64,000 bases of DNA from a virus (IMGVR_UViG_3300035696_000017:1-64000); one strand, 5' to 3'; numbered from the stretch's first letter, positions 46,212-57,967 are shown. Translations and numbers: made by a program. The notes: generated by a model from the sequence alone, not told the origin.

Positions 46212-47648
46212 TCATCTCCACGCGCCCTTGATCTGGCGCTCCTTCGTCAGGTGGATCTGGATCTCGTCACACTCCTTGGCGAACAGGAGCTCACAGCCCT
46301 GGCCGAGGACCCAACCGCGCTTGATCCGGCTCGGGATGGGCTTGGGAGCGCAACCGTCGGTCATGATCAACATACCGTCCCACCTGCCCCGGTTCTTCGG
46401 GTTGTTGACGATGGCAGTGGGTGCCGAGAAGTCGGTGCCCCCGCGCTTGGTGCGCTGCAGCTTGGGCCGCATGCCACGCTTCCACTCGTAGAGGTCCTTG
46501 GGACCAGCGTAGCAGTCGAAGTGGCAGATGGTGATGTCGACCTTCCGGGTCAGCGAGTCGAGCTCATTGAAGAACATCTCACACATCTCGTCGCTGACCG
46601 ACCCAGACTCGTCGATGGCGATGAACAGCTTCGCCGTGTAACCACGCTTGACGCCCGGGTGGATGTACGGGTAGCGCCGGTTGATGCGCTTGATCGAGGT
46701 GGTCCGTGCGCCCCTGACGATGCTGCCGACGAACTGTCGCAACACTGCGCGCCAGTCGATGACAGTGTTGATGTAGCGCCGGATCTGGGCCCTGATCTCC
46801 TCGGGGATGGTGCCCCAGCCGTCAGCTTGGGAATCGGCGCGGCGGACCGCTTTCTCAACGATGCCCTTGACCTTGCCCTCGACGTACTCACGCAGCTCTT
46901 CCGGGATGTCGTCCCACCCGTCGTGGTCATCCATGCTGCCGATGGCATACTCCTGTCCCTCGTCCTCACCGTTCTTCTTGCGGTCGTCCTGGAGGGCGTG
47001 GAAGTACCACTCGCTCGACTTCAGGGGAGGAAAGCTCTTGATGAGCTCACAGCGCCGCAGAGTTGCAGCCTTCGACTTTTCGTCCAGCTCGGCGAAACGC
47101 TCGGGATCGATCCAGGGCATCACACCCGGGATCAGCGCCATCTTCGGCAGCGGCCGTGCCACCTGGCCGGGCTCGATGTCCCTGGGCTGACCGGCGTTCT
47201 TGATGATGCCGGAGTTGATGGCCAGGTCAGTCCCGACGTTCCAGTCGTCCGGGGGCGCTCGACGTCGTTCGTTGAGGTGACCGCCCCACAGGTGATCGAA
47301 CTCGTGGTTCAGGACGCCGCGGATCTCCCAGTTGGTGAGGGGGTCACAAGTGACGTCCTTCTTGCGAGCTTCGCTGTAGTAGGTGCCGCCACCCAGGAAC
47401 TCTGGGTTGACGTACATGACGACCTCGTCCTCCCGAGGATCAAAGGTGACCGCTGCGGTGGGGATGTCGTGAGTGTAACGCTTCTTGACGTAGCGCGAGA
47501 TCTCTGCATAGAACGGGACGTCTTGCAGGTACGGGATCAGGTGCCGACCGAGGTTGAAGTCGGTCTCACAGGTGCGCCACCCGTGGCGGGTGCGCGAGAC
47601 GTTCTGCTCCGTCATCGCCGGGAGCTTGTCGTCCTTCTTGTCGGCCAT
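46212..47648 (-). CDS. Metallopeptidase-VWA protein (DUF2201-like), MoxR partner
   Basis: HEFDH zincin motif; AIDESGSV MIDAS; GGTDF; MTDG. Confidence 0.85.
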   Translation of the reverse strand: MADKKDDKLPAMTEQNVSRTRHGWRTCETDFNLGRHLIPYLQDVPFYAEISRYVKKRYTHDIPTAAVTFDPREDEVVMYVNPEFLGGGTYYSEARKKDVTCDPLTNWEIRGVLNHEFDHLWGGHLNERRRAPPDDWNVGTDLAINSGIIKNAGQPRDIEPGQVARPLPKMALIPGVMPWIDPERFAELDEKSKAATLRRCELIKSFPPLKSSEWYFHALQDDRKKNGEDEGQEYAIGSMDDHDGWDDIPEELREYVEGKVKGIVEKAVRRADSQADGWGTIPEEIRAQIRRYINTVIDWRAVLRQFVGSIVRGARTTSIKRINRRYPYIHPGVKRGYTAKLFIAIDESGSVSDEMCEMFFNELDSLTRKVDITICHFDCYAGPKDLYEWKRGMRPKLQRTKRGGTDFSAPTAIVNNPKNRGRWDGMLIMTDGCAPKPIPSRIKRGWVLGQGCELLFAKECDEIQIHLTKERQIKGAWR

Positions 47649-48786
47649 GGACAAATCCTACCTTAAGAACGGCGTGAGTTTCACCGCTCGTAGTGGGTCG
47701 ACTTCATGCAGAGCGCATACGCAACGTACCAGCCCAGAGGGCCAGCAAGCGCAAGTGGGAGGAAGACCAGGGCGGGCATCAGGTGAGGTCAATCTCGAAC
47801 AGAGCACCCTTGCCGCCAGAGCCGAAGCACTTCATGAAACCCTGGTTGGCATCACACCACTCCAGGACGACCTGGTTCTGGCGGCGGGTCAACACTGTGA
47901 CCCGCATGACCTTCATGCCGTCCATCCATCCCTCATCGAGGATGCGGGGGTCATTCATGATCTCGAGGCCATGGACGCTGGCGATGCGGTCGAGCTCCTC
48001 GCTGGCGAGCTGGGCCTGCCATGCCTGGTAGTCTGCGGGAACGTCGGCCCAACAGCCAGCCAAACGCCAGTTGTCCATCGACTGCTTGACGTCGTCGGGC
48101 ATCTGGGCTCGAACGGGTCGCGCGATGACAGAGTTCCTACGAGACGTGATGCTGACGACGTCACCCATTGTTCAGCCCTTCGCTGCGAGGATGCAGCCTC
48201 CGATGTTGCCCAGGATGAGGAAGACGACCATGCTCCATCCCATGAAGGCCCAGGACGGCGAGTGGATCGCCATGCACCAAGCCACGATGAAGAGGCCCCA
48301 GAAGAACATTGCCCCCATGGACCCGACCATGCTGCCGACTACGTACTTGAACCCCTTTGGGAATAAGAGCCAAAGGCCGATGCAGGCACCCGCTGTCCAG
48401 AGCAACTCCATTTGTACATCCTACCAGGACTAGGCCGCGGCTTGCACCCGGATCTTGCGACCACGATTGATGGCATTCCCGAGGCATTCGACTGAGCCAC
48501 AGTGGCAGTCGAAGTGTTGGATGTCGTGAGTGTAGCCCTCGCGGTTCGCTTGCGCGTGCTTTACCGCCTCTTCCCAGCGAATGTGTCGCATCCGAGACTG
48601 GGGCATGAAGGCCCGACCACAGCGACTGATGTGCATGTGCCGACGGTCGCGTTGTCGGAGCCACTTCGCTGGCGTCTTTCGCTTACGTTCCATGTTTTCC
48701 TCAGCGCCGGGTGGTGGATGCGATCCACTCTTCGAGCCTTCTGGACGTCTCCAGGGACCCACCCTTCGGGGCCTACCAAGCGTTCG

Positions 48787-48857
48787 TGCGACGTATGGGA
48801 TTCGGACCCATGTCTCCGGGCCAACGCCCGGTGTCCTGTCCGCTAGACGAATGTCGC
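48787..48857 (-). pseudogene. tRNA-like gene with collapsed anticodon loop
   Basis: Glu/Gln-type D arm, CCGGGC-GTTG-GCCCGG, T-loop TCCGAAT. Confidence 0.55.
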
Positions 48858-49129
48858 TGTGCCCTTCGTTTGACCCGTTAGTCAGACGGTGTCTTTCAGA
48901 CACCAGTGAATGATGAGCGATGACTAGTCGCTCACCCCATCACTTACTGCCACTCTACCACGAGCCTCTCTTGGGTTACACCGACCCCTGCTTTTTCATG
49001 ACGGTGTAATTCTTGGCTCCTGAGTGACACCCAGGTGACTTTCGATGGCTTTAAGCGGCCCACAGACCGCCCACAGGATGACCCGGGCAGACGGGACGGG
49101 GTATAACCCCTTGGCCTGTCAAGGGCGGC

Positions 49130-49687
49130 TCAGGACGGTTTGGGCGCGGCAGTCTTGCCGAGGGTCTGGATCGCGGTGTCGTACTGGCCAAGCAGCGTCT
49201 TCAACGCTGCCTTCTCGGTGTCTCCAGTCGAGTTGTCGTTCTTCATGTAAGCCGACGCGCTCTTGTCCCAGGCTCCGTACACCGCGTTAGCAACATCGTT
49301 CTGTTGTGACGACAATGTCGGTGGCGGCGCAGGAGCCGGGCTGCCCGAGAAGCCGATGCCCGACAGGTAGCCGACCTGGGTCGTCGTCAACGTGGCGACG
49401 AACTTCTGGATGATCTGCTTGGCCCCGTCGGTCTGTGACTGGACGGTGGGCTGTCCCGTAGAGGGATCGGGCGCAGATCCGTAGGTGGTCGTGCCGCCGC
49501 CCGCGTTGCCGTACGCCGTGGCGCCCATGTCAGTGATGAACAGAGGTGGTTGTTGGCCCGATGTCTTCGCTGGGACCGTGGCGCCCTTGGCTTGTGCTGC
49601 CTTGACCTGATCGAGAAAGGGTGTCAGCTTTGGGTAGAGGTCAGTGAAACCCGTGAACGGGGGAGGTGTGGCCGTGTTGCTCGACAT
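49130..49687 (-). CDS. Hypothetical protein (leaderless)
   Basis: 185 aa; GTGACC-17-TAGGAT-6-ATG. Confidence 0.6.
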   Translation of the reverse strand: MSSNTATPPPFTGFTDLYPKLTPFLDQVKAAQAKGATVPAKTSGQQPPLFITDMGATAYGNAGGGTTTYGSAPDPSTGQPTVQSQTDGAKQIIQKFVATLTTTQVGYLSGIGFSGSPAPAPPPTLSSQQNDVANAVYGAWDKSASAYMKNDNSTGDTEKAALKTLLGQYDTAIQTLGKTAAPKPS

Positions 49688-49736
49688 GCCTCGATCCTAC
49701 TTCGTCGGGACGAGGAGGTCACAGTCCATGACCGCC

Positions 49737-50318
49737 TCAGTTGGCCACGAGCCATGCAACGGGCCACAGGCATGCAAGGTGGAAGAGCTGGTCCATGGTG
49801 ATGCAAAGCAACCCACCGATGGGAGTCATGAAGAAGGCCTTGAAAGCAGCTTCATCATCGTCATAGGTGATCGGCTGATCGACGACCTTGTCCTGCCAAC
49901 CCTTGGGATCGCGCGCTCGCTCCCTTGCTCGACGAAGCCGTTCCTCCGGCGTAAGCACCAGCTTGAACTGGCTCGCCCGACGCAGGTACTTGGCCCACAG
50001 CATCACCGGGATGTAGGTGTCAATGACGAAGTGGGTGCCCCACAGGATGGCCAACGACGTCCAGAACTGCCAACCCAGAACCAGCTCGGCGGTGGGCCCG
50101 TAGTCGAAGACCCCCTCGTGGATGCGGGTCCGGAGCAGGAGTAGCAGAGGCACGTAGATCGCAGCGTAGACCAGGCAATGTCGCGCTCGCACCAGGTGGT
50201 TCTTGGCCTTCGCCAACGCCTCCTTCTCGGACTGGAAGAGCCAGTCGGCCGGGAAGTGCCAGAATGCCAGCAGCACGTAGATTCCACCCAACAGGGCGAG
50301 CAACATCAACAGGTCCAT
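49737..50318 (-). CDS. DUF3307-like membrane protein
   Basis: HFPADWLFQ, HCLVY, THFVIDT, DQLFH. Confidence 0.7.
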   Translation of the reverse strand: MDLLMLLALLGGIYVLLAFWHFPADWLFQSEKEALAKAKNHLVRARHCLVYAAIYVPLLLLLRTRIHEGVFDYGPTAELVLGWQFWTSLAILWGTHFVIDTYIPVMLWAKYLRRASQFKLVLTPEERLRRARERARDPKGWQDKVVDQPITYDDDEAAFKAFFMTPIGGLLCITMDQLFHLACLWPVAWLVAN

Positions 50319-50638
50319 GGCTCGACCCTACACCCGAGTGCCGTTGCTTTTCACCACGGTGCGGGCTTCCACCCGCTGTGTTCGGGGTGGATTCGAACGT
50401 GCTCGACTGGTCTGGGTGTCTCCCCCAAACCAGATGACCAGCACCTCGTACCCGTTGACGGGTGCAGTCTTCTTCGCGTGTCGACGTGAGATGTCGGGGT
50501 AGTAGGCGATGACCATGCACGGACGCCAGGTATCGACCCAGTCATCCTTGAGGTGACGGCCCTCCTTGTCGAAGCGTGCAACACGCTTTTCAGACAGGCG
50601 GAGAAGCACCCGGCCTGGGACCAGATGCTTCTCCTTGA

Positions 50639-51499
50639 TCATGTCTCCTGCAACGCCTTGACAAACCGCTGCTTGAACAGCTTCGCTGCTCGAGCCCCGA
50701 TCGCCTTGCGTGCCTCCTTGGAGTCGATGATCTCGCCAGCACCCTCGCGGGTGACGTCTTCGACCATCGCGGCGATGACCTTGCCCGTGTCGGTGATGGT
50801 CGCCCCAGGCAGCTTGTCGAGGACATGGTCGAGCCGGGTCTCGGTGACCCACTCGAGAGCGATGGCCTCAGCCTCCTGCAGCACCTGCAGCTTGGCCGGG
50901 TCATCGACCTTGCGAGCCGTTGCGGTCTCCCGTTCGACGTCCCTCTTGTGCTTGCTGATGACGCGGTCAACACCGTTGGTACGGAACTCCATCAGGGGAC
51001 GGAGGACCACACCCTCACGGGGCTGGTCGCCCTCGACGCCGTTCTTGCGAGCCTGCTCGCTGGGTGCATCGCGCTCTGCGTTCAGGGCTTCGATCTCGGC
51101 GGGAACCTTCTTCCAATGGACGAAGTCGAGGCCGAGCCGGCGGGCGACCTGGTCAGCGTTGGGGACGTCGAGCCAGTAGTCACCAATCTTGACGTCGAAC
51201 GCAACGAAGCGCAGCTGCTTGCCGTAGCGCCAGGCCTGCTGTTGCTGCTTGCCACCGTAGGCCTCACCGAAGATGACGACTTCCGTGTGACCAAGGTCGT
51301 TCATGCCCTTGGCCAGGGCCTCGGCGTCGAACAGCTTGACGAAGTTGTCGTGCGACTCACCGCCCGAGTTGAAGTGGAGCTGCCCGTCCTTCCAGGAGAT
51401 GTGTGCCGACGTGCCGTGGATCTTCTCCATGGCGTAGCACTCCCGGAACATCAGGATGGTCTGGTTCTTGTAGAGATTGTCGATGTGCAGGTAGCCCAT
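50639..51499 (-). CDS. RNA ligase, Rnl2-like
   Basis: MEKIHGTS, FGEAYG, FDVK, REGVVLRP, SKHK. Confidence 0.8.
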   Translation of the reverse strand: MGYLHIDNLYKNQTILMFRECYAMEKIHGTSAHISWKDGQLHFNSGGESHDNFVKLFDAEALAKGMNDLGHTEVVIFGEAYGGKQQQQAWRYGKQLRFVAFDVKIGDYWLDVPNADQVARRLGLDFVHWKKVPAEIEALNAERDAPSEQARKNGVEGDQPREGVVLRPLMEFRTNGVDRVISKHKRDVERETATARKVDDPAKLQVLQEAEAIALEWVTETRLDHVLDKLPGATITDTGKVIAAMVEDVTREGAGEIIDSKEARKAIGARAAKLFKQRFVKALQET

Positions 51500-52486
51500 G
51501 TTCGTTCAGGGAATGAAACCCCTCTCCCTCTTGTCTCTGCGTGTGATCAACCAGTGAACGAGCTTCGCCAACTGACGATCACTCATCCCATCAATCCTCT
51601 TCAGACCCAGCCAGAGAGCCAACCGACGAAGACCGCCAGACGGGCCACCCCGCCTGAGCTGGCTCTTCGTGAGCCCTCGCATGACGAAGTCCTTACTGCG
51701 CTTTGCGCGTTGCTTTCAAGTACGTGCCCAGTGCCTTGTGGAGCGCTTCGGCGTCCGTCGGCTGGAGGTCGAAGACGACCGTCCGTGCTGGGTTGAACCT
51801 GGGTTGCAGAGAGAAGGTGAACTCGCCGTCCGTCCCCGTCTGCCCGGGATCGATGAGCGCCATCTTGACCGTCTTGACGTTGTCCGACATGGAGACCATC
51901 CTACACCCTCGGGTGTGCCTTTGCACCCTCACCACAGGTCCCAACTCGACAGCGAAGGTGCATTGAAGCCCTCATCCCACCAGCGGTCAGGATCATGGAC
52001 CATCTGGCGAGTGACGTGGTTCAAGGCTCGACGGTGTCGACGGTTGGCATTCCGCTTGTCGTCGCGGAGGCTCTTGGCACCGATGCAGGCATAGCGTTTG
52101 ACGCGGCTGCAGTTTCCCTGCACCGCGGGCAGTGTTGCGATCATTCTCTAGGCTCCTTTCGTGAACCTAAAGCATGTCAGCCTCCATCCTCATGTCGAGT
52201 ACCTATTCGTGTGGGTAGCCCTCGAACACGGGCCTTTCGCCCTCTTCTTCGAACCTGTCGGCAGCCCAGTTCCAGTGCCGCCTGTCGGTGAGGTTCAACT
52301 CGAACATCCAGTCACCCCGGGCAAGGTAGACACGGAGCCCAGCGTGATCACCCCGAGTGTTGAAGCTGAAGTGGATGTCAGCCGACCGGATCGGGTGCCT
52401 GAGCAACCCTCCACCGATCTCCAACGATTTGTTGAGGATGGGTCCGACAGTGACGTACGCAGTGCCGTCATGAGTGTGGGCGCGGA

Positions 52487-53485
52487 TCACTTGGCGTCCT
52501 CGCAGCAACGGGTGCCCGTCTCGTACCAGCCGAACCACTCGTTGTGGCCGTCGGTGATCGCCCGGCACTGGTTGCGAACCCCGAAGACGTGGCCGCTCAT
52601 CAACCCGCTCCGGAAGGGCGCCTTCTTCGAGTGCTCGGGGATCGCGGTGTTGTCGATGAGTTCGTCGATGTTACCCACCATGTCATGGACGCCGAAGGGG
52701 CTGACGCAAGCGGGCATTGACCCAGCCGGGACCAGCAGGTCCTGGAGGATGCTACTGACGCGATCGCCAGGTTTCTTGGCATCGAAGACGCTGATCTTGT
52801 GGCCGGGGCGCAGCGGGTCTTCTGGGATCGGGTTGTCGAAGTTGCAGGCCGTCCTGTCGCGGGTGTAGCCCGGGTGCTCTCCCGGTCCCGCGTACGGGTA
52901 GGGCTGCATGTCGGGGCCTTCGCAGGAAAACGTCCATTCCTCTTTGGTGCAGAGGCGCTTGCCCTGTGCGGCGCAGGCGTTCTTCGCGCTGTACCAGTCC
53001 ATCCACGACTGGGGCCGTTGCCCCTCGACGTTGGGGTACTCGTAGGTGTCGACGCAGAAGTGCATGTGGGGCCGCTTGGCGACGGGGGTCAGGCACGTCG
53101 ACGGGTACTTCCACTCACCACACCGGCCCGTTGGGAACTTCTTGCTGGGCCTGGCCGCTTCCGACCGGTTGCCCTTGTAGTCGACCCAGTACAGGCACGT
53201 CTCCTGGACGTTGGGGCAGTAGGTGCCCTCGATTTCGATCATGCCCGCTGGGCAGGCGCCGTTCGAGGGAACGGGCGCAGTGACGGCATCGACGATGCTC
53301 TGGGCAAGGTCGGCATCGTGTTGCAAGTCGAGGACTGGTGTCGCTGGCGCAGCGGGAGGCGTCTCCCGGTGGAAGGACGTCATCGTCCGCCCGGGTGGGG
53401 TCTGGGCGATGTCGTGGTGGTTGTTGGTGCAGGCGATTGCGATGGCGGCGAGGGCGATGGGTATCGCCGCAGTCACTCGTCTCAT
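52487..53485 (-). CDS. FGE-sulfatase (SUMF1/EgtB/PvdO-like) domain lipoprotein
   Basis: AIA-C lipobox; CPAGM, DTYEYPN, KRLCTKEEW, SPFGVHDMVGNIDE, GTRCC. Confidence 0.85.
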   Translation of the reverse strand: MRRVTAAIPIALAAIAIACTNNHHDIAQTPPGRTMTSFHRETPPAAPATPVLDLQHDADLAQSIVDAVTAPVPSNGACPAGMIEIEGTYCPNVQETCLYWVDYKGNRSEAARPSKKFPTGRCGEWKYPSTCLTPVAKRPHMHFCVDTYEYPNVEGQRPQSWMDWYSAKNACAAQGKRLCTKEEWTFSCEGPDMQPYPYAGPGEHPGYTRDRTACNFDNPIPEDPLRPGHKISVFDAKKPGDRVSSILQDLLVPAGSMPACVSPFGVHDMVGNIDELIDNTAIPEHSKKAPFRSGLMSGHVFGVRNQCRAITDGHNEWFGWYETGTRCCEDAK

Positions 53486-54311
53486 GTGAGGGACCTCTAC
53501 TGCTGATCCTCCTACAGGAGGGGCTCGTTTTTCACCGTCTCAGTCGCGGTCGGCTTTCGCGCCGTTCGCAACGTCCTGTGGGACCCGGCTGTCCGGGACG
53601 ATGTGGTCGGTGCCGCAGACGCTGCACTTCACGTAGTACTTCTGCTCTCCGTTGTCCCCGGCGTAGTAGCACGCGTTGAAGGTGCCGATCCGGACGTCAG
53701 AGGCCTCAGCCTCGAGCTCAGTCTGGCAGCCCTTACACGTGAACTTGTGCTTCCACGGAGGCCGTGCTTTCACGACTTTCATGTCAGTCTCCCCAGTCTG
53801 CCCCGCAGTCGGGGCACGAACACCGCGCCTTGTTGGGGTGGGAGCAGAACTGCTGGACGGTCTTTAACAACTCCTGGGTGATCCGAGCGTCAGCCTGGAG
53901 GCCTCGGAGGTGCTTGTACAGCATCTCGTGGGTCTCCTTGACCTGCTCCTGCGTCAGCGGGAACGTGACCTGGGGGATCGCCATCACTCCTCCTTCTTGC
54001 CGCTCTTGGAGCAGTGCTCCCAGTGGAAGCCGCTGTCGCGGCCGCACTCCTTGCACCACAGTGTGGGCCGGCCCATCATGTCGTTGGCGACACGGAAGCC
54101 AGCTGCGGCGACGGCCTGCTCGATGGGGGACCTCGGCGGCGCGTCAGGGTTGCCACCCAAGGCCTTGATCAGGCTGGGCAGCCCCTCGAGGTTCTTCTTG
54201 CGCGCCTCGTAGGCCTCCTTGTTCAGCCTCTCGTTGCGAGCGAGGTGCTCCAAGTGTTCCTCGAGCGAGGCGCAGCACTTCCACTTGGCGAGGCTCTCTT
54301 CGGGGGTCATC

Positions 54312-55751
54312 TCAGTCCTCGTTCTTGTCGCGGGTGACCGCATCGAGGCGCTCCTGGCGCTCGGCAGCGCTGAGGCCCTTCCACCACTTGTACGTGGCGG
54401 TGATGCTCTTGTCGACGTCGCCCGCCGGGCGGATCCGGCAGTAGACCGGGAACCGCATCTTGCCGTCCACAGTGAGGCCGTCCTTCGTCAGCGGGTCGGG
54501 CTGTGCCTCGCACTCGGCGACCTTGCCGTTCCAGGAATCGGGATCGTCCTGCTGGATCTGGGCGCGAAGAGCGTCGTTGAAGCCGCCGCCGACCCGGGTG
54601 ATGACCTGGTTGGGGAGCAGCACGTAGAAGCCACCGAACTGTCCCTCGCGCTTGGTGTTCTTGCGGCCCAGGTACGAGCCAACGATGACGCCCTCGTAGG
54701 TGACGCAGGGCTTCAGCTTCAGGATGTTCTTGGAGCGATCCCAGACGTAGGGAGTGTCGAGCGTCTTCAGCATGACGCCCTCGTAGCCGTCGCTCATGCA
54801 CTTCGAGAAGAAGGCCTTGAGCTCCTCCTCGTTCTTGGCGTTGATGTGGGGCACCTGCCGGACCCGAGCGGGCTCGTTGTCGAAGGAGACGCAGGCCAGC
54901 ACCACCTCGTGGACCAGCTTGACGCGGTCGCGGTAGAGCGTCTTGCCTTCCTGCGCCACCCACTCGTTGAGGGGCATCGCATCGAAGACGTTGTAGTAGA
55001 GGTTCGAGTCGTCCTTCTGCGTCTTGGACATCATGACGCTGGCGCTCTCGTTCCAGTCGGCCGCCATGCCCTCGCCGTCCAGGACGACGTTGTCGTACTT
55101 GGCACCCTCGAGGACCGCCTTGATCTTCGGCATCGACTCGAGGACGGTGCCGTTGCGGGTGTAGAAGGTGACCACGCCGTCCTTCTTGACGGCGATGCAC
55201 CGCAGCCCGTCGAGCTTCGGCTCGACCCGGACCGGGTAGTTGACCTTGTCGAGGATCTTGATGCCCTCGCCGCGGGTGAAGCTGCTGTTCAACGTCTTGG
55301 CCAGGGCGACCTCGAACCCCTTGATGAGGTTGGGCCACACCTTGTTGACGCTCTCCTGGACACCGGCACGGAGGTTCTTCAGCAGGATGCGCTGGCACCA
55401 CTTCTGCTGGAGCTCGGTCATCACGGCGAAACGCCTTTGGACAGCGTCCTTGGCAGCGTTGCCCGTCGTCTCACGGCGGGAGAGCGGGCCGAGAAAGTCC
55501 AGGAACTTCTCGATGAGGAGGTCGTCTGCCATGCCGTTCTTCCACCCAATCGGGGCGGTGGCCCAGGTCGCGCTGAGCGCCTTGGGCATCTTGAACTTGC
55601 TGACGTAGTAGACCGTGTACGGGTCCTGTGCCGCGACGAAGACCCGCTTCAGGAGGTCGTTCTTGCGAGCTGCCTCCATGATGTCGATCTTGGCAAGCTT
55701 GCCGGAGGTGGACTCGAGCTCTTCGAGGATGTCGATGACCGTTCGTGCCAT
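54312..55751 (-). CDS. ATP-dependent DNA ligase
   Basis: EPKLDGLR, VLDGE, VFD, EGVMLK, LKLKP, MRFPVY. Confidence 0.92.
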   Translation of the reverse strand: MARTVIDILEELESTSGKLAKIDIMEAARKNDLLKRVFVAAQDPYTVYYVSKFKMPKALSATWATAPIGWKNGMADDLLIEKFLDFLGPLSRRETTGNAAKDAVQRRFAVMTELQQKWCQRILLKNLRAGVQESVNKVWPNLIKGFEVALAKTLNSSFTRGEGIKILDKVNYPVRVEPKLDGLRCIAVKKDGVVTFYTRNGTVLESMPKIKAVLEGAKYDNVVLDGEGMAADWNESASVMMSKTQKDDSNLYYNVFDAMPLNEWVAQEGKTLYRDRVKLVHEVVLACVSFDNEPARVRQVPHINAKNEEELKAFFSKCMSDGYEGVMLKTLDTPYVWDRSKNILKLKPCVTYEGVIVGSYLGRKNTKREGQFGGFYVLLPNQVITRVGGGFNDALRAQIQQDDPDSWNGKVAECEAQPDPLTKDGLTVDGKMRFPVYCRIRPAGDVDKSITATYKWWKGLSAAERQERLDAVTRDKNED

Positions 55752-55757
55752 GGTTCT

Positions 55758-55787
55758 AGTCTACCTCAGGTGAGGTCCCGCTTTCAC
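55758..55787 (-). promoter_or_regulatory. Leaderless promoter of DNA ligase (representative of ~20)
   Basis: GTGAAA-N18-TAGACT-N6-ATG. Confidence 0.7.
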
Positions 55788-57474
55788 TGTTTCACGAAGT
55801 CCACGGGCAGCACGACAGCAATGGTCGAGCCACAGCTCCCACAGTTGCGCATCTCTAGGTCTGGGATGCCGTACTCTTTGGGAACCTTCTGGACCCCGAC
55901 GTAGTCGAGGGTGTCCCACTCCGCCTCCGAGATGTCGTGGCCGCAAGCGCAGTGCTTGGGCCACTTCTCGACGAAGAGCTCGCGTGTTTCCGGGTCGTCC
56001 ATCGCCGACTGCACCACGCTCACTTCGAAGCTTCCTTCTTCCCGAAAGCCTGCATCAGGCCCAAGATCAGGTGGTCGACGTTGAGGCCGCTGATGACCGT
56101 CCGGATCGCCTCGTTGTCGTCGTTCATCTGGACGACCTCGATCTCGCCAGTCTTCTGGTTCGCGTAGACCTGCAGCGTGGAGTTGGGACCGTCGAAGGAG
56201 AAGACCTCCTCCCACGGCTCTCGCTGGTACTCACTGAGCTGGATCACGTTTGACATTGGCGAGCTTCTCCTCGATTTCGTCCTCATCTGCTCCAAATGCG
56301 ATGCTGAGAGTCTTGGCCAGCTCCAGCACCTGCTTCATCGACAGCAACGCGGGCTTGCCGTCGCCTGTTACGAACCTGACACGTCCCTTCGACGAGATGC
56401 TGACCCAGAGGTTGCCCCCGATGAAGACGTCTTGAACCCAACGCTCGTCGAACAACTGAACCACGTTGGCCATGACCCAATCCTATCCCGGGCACCAGCC
56501 CGTTTGCACCTCAGCGGACGGTGGACACACCCTCTCGTGCTTCATACAGGATGGTCCCCGCGCGGATGGCGTTGGTCGCTTCCTCGAGGGTAGCGCCCTC
56601 GCCGACAAGCTTGTCCAACGCCTCGATCTCAGAGACGTGACCGAGCAGGTTCGCTGCCCGCTGGATCATCTTATCGATCCTCGGTTCCCACTCGATGTGA
56701 GCCTGAACGTTCGGGCTGATGGGCGGGATGTTGGTGAAGTCACGCATGGTCTGTTGCTTTCTTGAGGCTGATTTTGAACGATTCCCAGTGCTCGTCACAG
56801 GCCCATGTCTCGTCGACGGCCACCTTGGTCTGCACTCCAGACAGGCAGACGGGTCGAGCGTTGTAGAAACGCTGCTGTGCAGGTTTCCCGCAGGTGTACC
56901 CATTGTGGTGGCACGGGTGGGGACCGTCTCCAGAGTGCCCACATCTACAAGTCGACATGTTGTCACTCTACTTCAGTTCGTTGGGTTCTTACACCCGTCT
57001 GATCAGGTGCCAGTACCTGGACAGCTCGGCGAGAGACACGTAGAAAACTTGGCCACCCTCGTGAAGGTAGTGTAGCTTGCCACAACCCGTGCCTTCGTTG
57101 ATGAGGGTCAACCGAGCCTGACACCAGGTGTAGTTCCTGTTCGCTGGGTACCGCGAGTAGATCGCACCCAAGATGATCGGGACTGTCCCGGGTTCGACGT
57201 AGTGGGTGGCCATGTGACCCTCAGGAAAGCGCCGTGATGTCACCGGTGTGGACTGCCCCGAAGGGCACGAAGAAAAAGCCTGTGCCCTCGGAGGGCAGGA
57301 GCAGGTAGCCCTGTGCCGTCTCATCTGTCTGCGGGTCTGCCCGGAACCTGCGCTCCCGGGTCTCAACGGTACCGGGGGTGCCAGAAGCACGGGTGAAAGA
57401 CCAGGTGCCGACGATGACTCCGAGGCCCGAACCGGACACCTCACACAGGGTCCCGAGAGCGAGCCGGTCAGCTC

Positions 57475-57930
57475 TCACGTATGCATGACCAGCCGCAGGT
57501 CGTGGATGATGCACCTGCCGATGTTCGGGATGATGAAGGTGTGCTTCGGCACCTCCATGTCGACCAGCTGTCGGTTCGACCTGACCCGCTCGACGACCCT
57601 CACGGTACCGGCATAGATCATACACGCGCCCACCGGCACCACGATCAGCTCCCTGCGGTACGCCTCGCGGAGCGTCGGGAACGGGTAATTGGGACGCTCC
57701 TTGTCGATCTTGGACATCGGCAGCCGCGCCGCCATCAGTGCCCCGATGGTCAGCTTCTCTTTGAAGGAGCTGGTGAACACGCCAGGGCTTCGGTAACGAA
57801 GCGGCTTCTCCCGACGCCCCAGCCCATAGCCCGCATCCGGGTCCTTCCACGTGATGACGGGCTTGGGTTCCTTGGACGCGTGCCTTCGCCGGTTCGGGTT
57901 GCCGGATGAGTGAGGGGGTCGCCATGCCAT
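57475..57930 (-). CDS. Hypothetical protein (leaderless)
   Basis: GTGCAA-18-TACACT-7-ATG. Confidence 0.55.
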   Translation of the reverse strand: MAWRPPHSSGNPNRRRHASKEPKPVITWKDPDAGYGLGRREKPLRYRSPGVFTSSFKEKLTIGALMAARLPMSKIDKERPNYPFPTLREAYRRELIVVPVGACMIYAGTVRVVERVRSNRQLVDMEVPKHTFIIPNIGRCIIHDLRLVMHT

Positions 57931-57967
57931 TGGTTACAGTGTACCACCTTGGGCCACCCGTTTGCAC

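Noticed and set aside
49092-49125. TTGACA...TATACC sigma70 promoter
   Set aside because: The spacer is only about 11-12 nt
46167-55904. Long plus-strand ORFs (e.g. 46167-47666, 54219-55904) and ORFs across tRNA genes
   Set aside because: Antisense shadows of GC-rich minus-strand genes or RNA genes, with no motifs or start signals
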